Shown: positions 6,918 through 17,500 of the stretch, piece by piece
Position numbering within the stretch: position 1 is the first letter of the stretch
How the letters are laid out: each line of letters opens with the position of its first letter
Assembly (NCBI GenBank): GCA_001179505.1
Contig: CDMY01000807.1
Span: forward strand, 1-18,590
Length of the DNA stretch: 18,590 nt
Direction of reading: 5' to 3'
Origin: Vitrella brassicaformis CCMP3155
Lineage: Eukaryota > Protista > Chromerida
Position numbers and translations under genes: made by a program
Notes under the pieces: generated by a model
The model's input: the letters and a program-made list of their open reading frames with translations, nothing else
Told to the model about the DNA's origin: nothing
The model's database searches: none

Positions 6918-9900
6918 CTCGTCTGTGTGTCCATGATACTCATAAACATACAGTCCCATGAGCACGCAGAGTCAAACGCTCACGGGGAGGAGGATCGATC
7001 CCCGCCCTATCAGCACACCCCAGTCCTGCAAACCCTCCCCTCCCTCCCCCACGCAGACAGTAGCTAGTCGCACGCGCGAGGGCGATAGACAAGCGAGAGC
7101 GAATCCATCCAGACACATGGCATGAGCCATGTGGGCGATGAACACGTTGGCATCGTGTCCCCACACACCGTCACACGTCACCATCAGAGGGCAGAAGGTC
7201 ACGCGGGAGTCGCAGACGGTCGAGTGATATTTCTTCTTCTTGGCGGTCTCGTGCTGCTTCAGGATGGACTTGATCGATCGGTTCTTGGAAGCATAAGACG
7301 GTGCGTCAACATCAGTGATGCAGATGTCGAACGACGCAGCCGCCTGCCGCTCCCACACGCCCCGAGCGACGATGTTCACCCTGATCCCGCCCTCCCCCTC
7401 CTCTCCCTCCTTCAACACCACCTCCCGACGCACACCAGCGTCCCCCCACGCCATCCCAATCAGCTCGGCAAAAGTGTCCCGCAGCTCGTTGTGGCGACGA
7501 ATCACCAGGCCGTACCGCTTGCAGCACAGCGCATGGTCGACGGTGAGGGGCTGGTTGCAGTGCTCGCAGCGTGCAGCGAGGCCAGGGGGGTGACGGCCGT
7601 ATCGCATGTTGAGGGCATCTCGAAACTCCGCAGCATCAAGACCAGTGTTGTTGTCTGTCGATGGGAGGGTGGTCAGCCAGCCGGACGTCTTATATTCGGC
7701 GCTACAGGAGAGGACGCGATGGCGCCGGCGGTCGATGTGCGGCAGGGCGGCCTCCCTCTTGGTTTTGTGGGCGACGTCCTGGTGCTGCTTGCTCTTGGTG
7801 AGGGCGTGGCGGATGGTGGCACGATGGTCGCCAGGGTGGAAGGGAGCCTTGCCTTGGACGGCCTTGGAGACCACCTTGGTGCTCGCGCGGGAAGCGGGGT
7901 AGGCGGCGGCGGCACGGTCGAGAGGGTCACGTATGCCGGTGCCGCCAAAGCGGGCAAGCAGCAGCATCAGGTCGACCTCGGACGGCGTCACAGGGCCACC
8001 GAGGAGGGCCGGCAGCAGCTCCTTGACGATGACCTCACGGAGGGGGCTGAGAGCGCACTCGTCGGTGAGCACGACACGAAAGACGTAGTCCCACTCCATC
8101 TGCAGAGACCTCGTCATTGCCGCGTGGGCCGTGTGTGGGAAGTTGCGGGCAGCAGACGTGAGCGCGCGCACGCCGCGCACCCACCCCTCGACCTTCTCGC
8201 AGAGGAACGCCGCCCTCCCCCCCTCATCGCCCACGTAGCCGCCCAGGAACCTCTTGCCCGTGACGTTTCGCACCCCCTCGGGCTCGAAGAGCTCCCTTGC
8301 AATCTGCTCGAGCTCGAGTTTGACGACGAGGAAGGACTTGGCGGCCTCCGGGTGATAGCCGTATGAGGGACCGATGCGACGCAGGGCTCGAAACCACACG
8401 AGTATGCCGTGAAGTTTGCCGAGCGCCGATGAGTCATCTGCATACCAGCACTGCCGCAGCGAAGCGCTAGATGAAGAGGCCGATAAGGCCGACGAACTCT
8501 CTCTGTCCTCCTCACCAACTCCAACACCTTCTACATCAGAACACACACATACACCCGCACCATCCCCCTCTGCTTCTGGTGGCGTGTCACTGGCTTCTTC
8601 TGGCTTCTCTTGCGCTTCTGATGGCGCATTTTCGTTCTCGTCCGTGTCTGACCCAGACCCATCGCTGCCTGACTCATCCCATGCCCCACTCGACGGCGTC
8701 TCATATCCCTCCTCAGCGCAGGCAGCCCGCAGGGCATGGATGAGGGGAAGGCTGCTGCAGGCGTAGACAAAGATCGCCATCGAATCGCCCTGTGTGACGC
8801 CTTCACAGCTCCACAGACAGCCGGCTGAGCCTTGCAGGTGAAGTGCGGCGAACCCTCGGTAGGTGTTGAACACATAGCGAGAGCAGCGGGGCCACAGCAC
8901 GCGGGTGTTCCAGATGGCAGCAGGCCGACTGATGCGATTGAAGGCGTTGCTCGCGTCCACCAGCAGGAGCCCCTCGGTCTCGTCCTCTTGGAAGAGGTCA
9001 TTCACGGCGTGCACAGCCCCCTCGAGGCCCCCCTTCACACCGATGCACAGCTGATCAGTGCCGCAGGTCGTCTCCAGGTCAGAGCGGGTCACCATGGCCA
9101 TGCACTTGCCAGCCAGCCGAGAGAGCACCTCCCCGACGCCGATGGGGCGGACGCCCGGGCATTTGTCGAGAGCGATGAGGCGGCACGCTCGCAGGGCCTT
9201 GATGTTGTCCCATGGGACGATGGTGTTGGCCAGGAGACGAGCGAGGCCACAGCCGCGCGGAGGCGGCCGCTTTTGGCACCGTATCGAAGGAGGAAGGTCT
9301 GCCAGAAGTTCGCATCGCCACCGGTCGGTCCAGCGCTCCCACTGAGGCACCGTGCCGCTCGCTCCACGGTCGAGTCCGTGATGTCCACGTCAATGAGGGG
9401 AGGAAGGTCGTCACACGGAAGGAAGGCTTCCTCATGCGGCTGCTGCTGTGGTGGGTGCTTCTCGCGAAGGACATCGAGCACCGTGACCCCCGGGGGGCGC
9501 TTCTCGGCCTGAGCAGATGGGTGGAGGACCCCCCCGCCGCCCCTCTCGGTGACGAAGCGGACGGCCGCCCGGACCTTGCCCTCGAGCATGAGCTTGTTGA
9601 AGATGCGATAGACCGACGCGTCGTCCAGCTGAGGCTGAGTGGTGGGGAACTGCTGGTCCAGTCGCTCCGCCTCGCACACGAGCTCCTCCACCTGCCCCTT
9701 CTGCCACATCTGCAGCCGCCTCCAGAGCATCCGCTTGACATCGCGCTTCCTCTTGACATCCGGATCTCGCTGGATGAGTGTGCGGACGAAGACGCCAGCC
9801 CGCTCGGACGGTGCCTCGAGCTTGGAGATCTTCTCCACCTCATCAGCGATGGCATCGGCGATGGCGCGGCCAAGGTTGCCAAGCTTGCTGAGATCCTTCA

Positions 9901-10319
9901 CGCACCGCAGTCGAAGCTGGCAGACCCGCTCGTGATATGCCTCCCACTCAGGGAAAGTCGATCCACTGGCGGAGTTGACGAGGGGCTCGCCGAAGGCCTC
10001 GCGCATCTTCTCATCGACAAAGGAAGCCGTGGAGGGCACGGCAGGGCCAGCAGAGGGGGAGACGGCATTCGATTCATCATCATCATCATTGCTAACGGCC
10101 GGGTCCGCAGGATACGCAAAATTCGTGCACGTGCCGCGCTTGCAATTGACACAGTTAGTGCACAGGCGCTTGTGCTTCCGGCAGTCACACTTCCGGCTGC
10201 ATGTGGACAGCGCAGACGTCCCTTTCGCGTTGCATGCGCAACAGGGGGGGCCCGCCGCCGTCTCGCGGGATGAGGGTCACTGGGGGGGGTTGGGTGTAGT
10301 CCGATACACGCTCCCTCAT
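6918..10319 (-). mobile_element. CRE-clade (R2-group, restriction-like endonuclease) non-LTR retrotransposon, decayed
   Basis: RT motifs GSAGPTG, RLIALDKCPGVRPIGVGE, LVDASNAFN, GVTQGD and WYADD. These are followed by the CCHC knuckle CEHC..DHALCC, RHNELRD and the RLE region (RGVWERQAAASFDICITDVDAPSY..E..KKKKY). Element ends are approximate; no poly(A) or TSD seen. Confidence 0.9.
6940..10276 (-). pseudogene. CXC-RT-CCHC-RLE polyprotein of the CRE-like element, frameshifted
   Basis: Track ORFs 9089..10039, 6972..9350 and 6940..7164 join into one family-typical protein via frameshifts near 9230 (VSW|LANTIVPW) and near 7117 (AHMAHA|VSGWIRSRLSIALARATSYCLRG). The 5' frame stays open from 10039 up to 10276 through a Cys cluster. 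Confidence 0.85.
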
Positions 10320-10355
10320 CCGAAAAGGAGGAGAAACAGCCGAGAAATAACCGAC

Positions 10356-10896
10356 TCAATCAATCAAATTTGCTAAGGTGCATGTCTTCTTGCCCCTGTT
10401 CTTGCAGTTGCACCACAGTCCGGTCCGGCCGTTGCCCCGGGGCTTCATTGTGCCCGCCAAATGGCCATTATCGCGGATCCTGCACACTGGGCAGGGCATG
10501 TTCCTCACCACGCGGCGAGCGGGCTCGTCCTCGGTGGGAGGGGTGAATACGAGGAACCGCAGAATGTTTTCGAGATCCCGAGGCGGAGTCTCAATCTTGT
10601 ACACGCAGAAGTGCTCCGTGTTGTCATCGTCAACCAAAACTCCAATGATGGTGTACGGAGTGGATGGTGTACTTATGGACCCTGTTGTCAACAGACATGT
10701 GTGAGCAAGAAGAGAACAGCAAGTGTTGCGGAACACCGCGCGCGCTTCTTTCACCTGTGTGTGATCTCTTGTCGTTGGCGCCACTGCCGCCACAAGCAGG
10801 CACTGTCTTCGCAGCCCCGATGCGGAGCTTGAAAGACTTGAAGTGACTGGGGCTGGGACTGGGGGCGCCCCCAGGCCCAGGTAAAACAACTTCAAG
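10356..10896 (-). CDS. Hypothetical spliced protein with a C-terminal C4 zinc ribbon; 5' end not resolved
   Basis: The last exon 10681-10356 encodes ...MPCPVCRIRDNGHLAGTMKPRGNGRTGLWCNCKNRGKKTC. A phase-consistent intron runs 10754-10682 (CAG|GTGAAA...ACAACAG), and the upstream exon 10896-10755 reads LEVVLPGPGGAPSPSPSHFKSFKLRIG. Confidence 0.45.
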
Positions 10897-11421
10897 CTGG
10901 AGATGGATGGCACTGACGCACCGCGAGTCATGTCGGATGAGGACCTGACGTCATCGAAGCGTTCCTCCAACGCATTTCGCCCACAGCACTCGACGGAAGA
11001 CAGCCCCGCGCCTCGAAAGCTCCCACACGTGCTGCTCTCGCCGCTCAAAGCTCAAGGGTCTCAGGACTTCGACAAGAAGTAATTCAAGCTGTGCCCATGA
11101 ATGCGTAGTTCGAGAGGCTCAGGCATCATTGTCTTGTCTGGTCTCTCGGTGATTGGCTCTTCTTGCAAGGTCTGTGCGGTCCAAGGGTGATGACAGTGCC
11201 AGTCGCACAGGGATATCAAGCCTCAAGCAGAGTTTGGCCATCGCGCTGGGTGACAAGGCGGCCGAGGGGTACTTATCGGTGCCGCTGCGGCGAGAGGCAT
11301 TCATACAGCGGTGGGCGACGAAAAGGATACGCACACAAACAACCCGCGAGACGAATGTCCGTGACGTGGTTGGTGTGTGTGGGCTTGTGTGTCTCTGTCC
11401 AAGGCTGACGATGGAGGAGAA

Positions 11422-11492
11422 CATGAGTCAGCAGGAGTGCGCGTGTCTGGTCAGCTTTGACTCAGCATGAACTCATGAGTCAGCATGAACTC
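11422..11492. repeat. Short TGAGTCA/TGACTCA-containing repeats
   Basis: CATGAGTCAGCA at 11422 and 11474; TCAGCATGAACTC at 11462 and 11480 (period 18). Confidence 0.8.
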
Positions 11493-11532
11493 CATTGATC
11501 GGCTCCTCTCATCTGTCTGCTGTTCATGAGCA

Positions 11533-14500
11533 GTTCTTCTCCTTTATCTTTCTGCTGTTCATGATCGCCGTATACGTCTCGAGCGGAACAGACCATGTGT
11601 ATCGCGTGCACGAGTCCCTGAGGTACAGAGACGAAGGCAGCATAGAGAGAGGCGCTGGATGCACCATGTTTTCTCTCTCTCTTGTCTGGCACTTAGGGAG
11701 GCGTTTCACCTCGATGTACGCATGGGAAAGGAGACAACGGAAGAACACCGGCATTTGGTTGCGGCCATGCGTCCTGTTGTGTCTCCTGTTCGTCTGCCTG
11801 CGTGCCTGGATACGCATCTGCAGGACCTGGATGACGTTCGGACGGTGGATTCAGTCTGGGGGTTCATCGCAAACCTGTCCAAGACTGAGTCCGAGTACAT
11901 ACCCTCCTCCAGCCAGTTCTTCATACACGACGCGACCACGGAGCTCAACGCGCTGCCCACATCAGCCTTCTTCCCGCCGTCTCGCAACCTTCAAAACTAC
12001 CCACTTGAAGTAAGCTGGCAGAAAGAGAACAACCAAAGCCACACTCGCTGAGTGAGATTGAGTGGTCCCTGCCATTATTTCCTCTTTGCTCCGCACAGCT
12101 GTTTAAGACGTTCACGATGACGGGTAACAAACACGCAACAAAACGAAAATATGTCTGCCGCTTCACTGTGCTGTTTGAGTTGTGTCTTTGCTTCAGCCTG
12201 GGTGAAGGTCAGCATTGCGCACCGAGCACATATAGATGTCGTATGTGCAGGTGCTGTTGACTCACTTGGTGCATTTCTTCAGACGACGTCTCCTCAGTTC
12301 ACGGTCATCGAAAAGAGACTGGATCGCGACATCGCCGGACTCGGCAGCACGTGCTGGCGCATTGGCGTTGATTGCGTCACATACGGCGCACATGAGGGCC
12401 GGCTCTTCGGGACATTCGTTAGCTAACACGATAGAGACACACATTCTTCCAGACCTACACAGACAGTCTGACAGGTGACATATTATGCAGGTGACAGACG
12501 TGGCTCAAGACCTTTTGATGAAGGCTTGGGCTCCAGCAAGGACCACGTCCTTCTCGCGAGGGATAGACGACTCAAGCTGTCCGCGCGGCAAGGACCCCGA
12601 CTTCACTCAAACAAGAGAATCGATGAAGGCCGAAGCCGAAGCCGAAGCTCAGCTGAACGATCTCAGTGGAAGTACGCTGGACAATGCGACTGTGGTTGAC
12701 GGGGAGTGGCACCTATACGCAGTGGTCGGCGACCTTCACGTCCATGTCTCTATGTCTCCGCACATGCATCAATCTGTGTCTGCGTGCCTGGACGGTGTAG
12801 ATAGTCCGCAACACCACGGCTTCATTTCTAGCGGGTGCCTGACCGAGAGACAAAACGAAACACCACAGACACGTATTGCCTTTGTCTTGACTCTGCACAG
12901 ACGGCGGGCTTATAGAATCGTTGCCAAACCCGACGCACCAGCGAACTATCTGTCCAGGGCGTCGCACAGTACCTGTGTACCACCAAACACTTACCGATGT
13001 AAGTAACATCTGATGGTGACAGGTGAGAAGTGTGCACAGAGTGCCTGTCCGCTTTTCTCATCAGTGTGCCGAGGGTTCGTTCTACGTGGGTAGGGAGCAA
13101 GAAAGAGGGATCGCGCGACGACGTAACGGTTTCTATGGTCTTCGTATTGGTTGATTGAAGGCGACGATCAGTTTTCTGGTCACTTAGCTGACGTGCGGAT
13201 CTTCCCGCGAGAGCTGACGAAGAGCGAGATCCAAGACATCATCACATGTTCGCTTTTCGTCAGGCAGAGAGACAGACCTTCGCACAAATGTCTTGTGTCT
13301 TCTTCCCCTGTGTGTGTGCAGTCGGAGCCCCGCTGGACGATCTCATCAACGCGGGCGGCGCGTCCGCTACCGATACCATTAACCTAGCGCAGCAGAGGCT
13401 TGATAAACTGGAGGATACTGTCACAGCTTCGCTGGACCAAAAGCAGGAAACGTACCTCAAAAGCATCAAGACGCTTCGAAACGACCTGGTTGGCAACCCG
13501 TTCGCCGCATCCGCTGGCGGGAACGGGTCGGTCCGTTTGCTCACGCCTCTGGACACCCGGTCCTTACAAGGTAGCGCCCTGACCGAGAATGACACGGCGA
13601 GGTTTCTGGAGCTAATGGATTCATGCTACGACAACCCCAGGTACACACCTTTATCAGGCATATATCTCGACATGGCGGCCATCCATCTGTCGTGTGCTGC
13701 GCTGCGCGTGTGTCCATTTGTTCAGTTACCATGACTTCAGTAAGCGAACTAGAAAGAGGGAGAGAGGACAGAGGGACGCAGGGGCGGCGAGGGCTACCGT
13801 TCATCCGTGTGTGTGTGTGTTCGTGGGGGGTGTTGCTGCACAGTGCTTGATGATTGTCAGGTACAGAAAATTCCTCCTCGCAAACATGGTGCATGGACAT
13901 TCCTCTCCACGCATTGATTGTCAGTGGTATAGGACCAACGACAAAAGCTGCAGTCTCTACGTCGACAACGTCACAGTCGGTCAGTGTCCAATCTCGTACT
14001 CACAGTGCGCTCTGCAATTCATGAGCATCGCGTGGGACATATTCGACATCGACGATGACTTCTTTTGGAATTTCACAGAAATGAAAGCATTCATGGAACC
14101 GGTAAGGGTCAGTGCGACTGCGATTGAAAGTAAGTGAGCTCTTTGTATCTGCAGATAGATCCGACCTTTGATGAATACAGCTTCGCTTTCATTCGTCTGG
14201 CATTGGACGTTTCGACTAACAAGATACCCTTTGAAGCGGTGCAGACCCCACATGAGCTGCTAGATCTCTGGTACACATCCTATCAAAGCCTCCTGAGAGA
14301 TCCAGCAGCTCCCCTCCTCGGCCAGTCTTCAACTGACTATATGACTAAAATACAGGGGATTGACGACCCGATTGGTATGCCGGTAGCAGGCTCGACGCTT
14401 AACGTAAGAGTTTGGTTTGCTAAGAAAGCCATAGGGAAAACAGCCTCTTCTTTTTCCTCCAGATCACTTCTGACTACCTATTGGGAGCTCTGATACGAAC

Positions 14501-17500
14501 GAAGCTGCTATCGCTAGCCGTATCGACTTGGTTACGGGGATTCTCAGATCACGACGTGATCCGAGTCATGAGGGTACAGTCGCATGAATGCAACCTGTGA
14601 GTCGCCACTTTGTGCCAACGATGAATGCGGTTTTTCGACAGGGGAACAAGACGTGCTGGAGGATAGGTCCGCTGGAGTTTGATGATGAGGACGAAGTGCC
14701 ATGGTACTCACGCACGGACTCACACGGAATGTCATTTATCCCTCAATTCACCTTATCCTTATCGTTGTCATTCACTATACCGCCAAGGGGAGTCGAGTAC
14801 GGGGAGTATAGCTTCTCTGATATCGATTTGTACGTAGACAATCAAAAACTCCCAACACACATCTAATCTACAACGTCCGTGTTTGCATTTCTCGTTTAGC
14901 ACAAAATACGGAATTCCGGGTTTCACGATTACTGTTGAGGTAAAATGTATACGGGGGGATCGGTGCGGAGCTCATCATGATCTTCGTTTGCAGATGCCGC
15001 TGGAGGTATTTTCCGTCACCAGCGACGCAGAGGCACTACAAACCACGGCAGTCTTCGAAGACTGGCACCGTAAGAGAGACACACTCATGCACACGAAAAT
15101 TATGCGTGTTCTACCTCTGTCTATGTGTGTGGTTACAGATTTCGCCGTCACAATCAAAGACGACAAGACTCTAACCATCTATCTCAACGGCCGCTCTGCC
15201 AGCCCATACCAGGGATTGGATGGCAGATTCAGGAAAAGTGGATTCAGGAGCATCTCCGGTTCTTTTCATTCGCTTTACAGTTTTTGATTCCATTCGACAA
15301 TTGTTTATACAAATACACCGAAGCTGACGTTGTGGAATTTCTCGATGAGCTCCTCTCGCCTGGTACTGAGATTCGCCGGAAGCTCAAATCGATGAGGTAA
15401 GCGGGCAATGCTGCGCAGCGGAACGAATGTGAAGCAGGGCTCTTGGTGCGCGTATTTGAAGCAGTAAGTCGGAAGGCGAGATGCAAAGTCTCGATACTTT
15501 GCACGAGAAAATGGAGAAGGGCGTGAGAGCACAGCATCGGACGCTGCAAATGCCGGACCCGACACCGCTTATAGAGGCATGGTTCAGGGAGACAAGCTTT
15601 GAAGTTGGAGGATTGGTGAAAGGCCGAGAAGACGTGTTTGTGAGACATGATAAAGCTGCGGCAAAGCCCATTTGACGGCTTACATCCAATCTATTCTTAT
15701 TGGTCAGACAACCGCTGGCGAGTTGTTTGACTTCAAATTCTACGATCGCGACTTGAGTCTCCAAGAAGCTCAACTCGACTATTACACCGGCACCGAATAC
15801 AGCGTGCCGTCCATGCCCGGCAGCCCCCAGGCGCCCATCTCACAAGTCAGAGCCAACATAATGAAGTATTTGAAGACACACAGTACGTGTTTGGGCAAAA
15901 ATCAATAACCTGCGAGAAAGACAGGCGTGAGAGAAGGCATGTGTTTGTGCACAGCCTACACAGCCTACGAGTGCCACTTCCCATCCACAGTCGAGGCCAA
16001 CAGCAGCACCAACTACGCGTGCACCGATTACCGGACAACAGAGACGGGAGAGTACTTTGGTGTCCAGCCACAGGACTTCCTGGTAAGTGTACGGATCGAA
16101 CGAAGAGTCCCTCTGTGAAGCCGATTCATTTTCGTTTCTCGTTTCTGATCTGTTGTGTCTCAGGGCGAGAGTGTGTACGCCGACTTTCTGCGCGTGTTTG
16201 ATTCAATGATTATCAAGAGAGGCGCCTCAAGCGATATCCGCTTTACGCGCGACTGGATAGATATACAGACACGGTGAGATGCTGAATAATCCATACGCGT
16301 AAAGACGGACCGCTAGTCTGCCCGCCGGGTCTCAGTTTGTGTGCTGTGTGTGTATGATAGGGAAGTGAATATAATCTCCAGGTATCCAACCCAGCCACGC
16401 CATCATCTCTCTCTCTCTCTCTCTTTGTGTGCGTGTGCGTGTATATATATGTGTGTGTGTGTGTGTCAGCTTCTGCACACCGACACTGAGGATCGGCACC
16501 CTCATGAAAATCTCCTTTCTTATGGTCAGTGGGGGCGGGGTGGCCTGGGGGGCAGCACCGACGAAGGGTGAATTGTCTCTTTGTGTGTGCGTTGGTGTGT
16601 ACGCTGTGTGCAGGAGCAGGAGCGGGTCCAAGGATCTTTCACCCTCGACAGCGTCCACTCGGTGTTACACATACGCAGACACACTTACGAGGCTCTGGAT
16701 GACTATGTCTCTGTGCGTGTGCATGGTTGTACAGATGGGAGACACTGAGGACATTCTCTTTCAAGTCTTGATGTATACCGTCGCACTCCTCGTCCTCGCC
16801 AGACTCGCCGCTTCCTTCTACAGGTACATATTGAAGTGCGCAGCACACAGGCTTAAGTGTGGTCATCGGTTTTCTCTCAGGGTTTTCTTTCGGAAGAAGA
16901 GCTTCTCCAACAAGATCGGCATCTCGAGGTTCTGGTGCCTTGTGGATCTTTTGCTGGGCTGTATCATTATGCTTGCCGTCGGCTTTATGATTATGAGGCG
17001 GGTGACGTTTGAGGGCGAAGACTTTTAACCTCTACTTCAGCGAGATTCTCGAGGTATCGCGTGTCCATGAGTGGGTCGAAGCCTGGTTGACCGGCGTTCC
17101 TGCCTTCTGTCAGATCCCGTGGACTTCCGAGACCATCGCGCCGAGCGAGAAATTCGCAATGTTCTTCGACGCTCTCCAGGATATCTCCCGTCATATCAAT
17201 GTCTTGTTCTACTCCAACACACTTGTGGCCATCGTGTTCTACCTCTACTTCGCAAGAATCGTTATCTACATGTACGACACACAGGGAGAGGGGCGGGGAG
17301 AGATCGAGACATTCTGCGTGGTCGCTGCGGACTGCATGAGTGTGTCTCTTACCCATATATGCAGGTCAGCTCATCCGCGCGTTGCCGTCCTGGTTCGAAC
17401 CTGTGTGCTGGCCGGAAACGATCTGTTCCACTTTCTCCTGACGTTTATCATACTCTACGTGATCCTCGCGTTCATCGGATATTTTCAATTCGGTGCGAGT

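Noticed and set aside
7122-10273. Long ORFs 7122..8366(+), 9212..10273(+), 9079..9882(-) and 8832..9512(+)
   Set aside because: Antisense or alternate-frame shadows of the GC-rich RT coding sequence; no recognisable motifs.
14463-14505. DYLLGALIRTK as the PKD2 TOP-domain N-x-LLG motif
   Set aside because: The similarity is weak and the adjacent sequence fits the start of a LamG domain better; not used as evidence.
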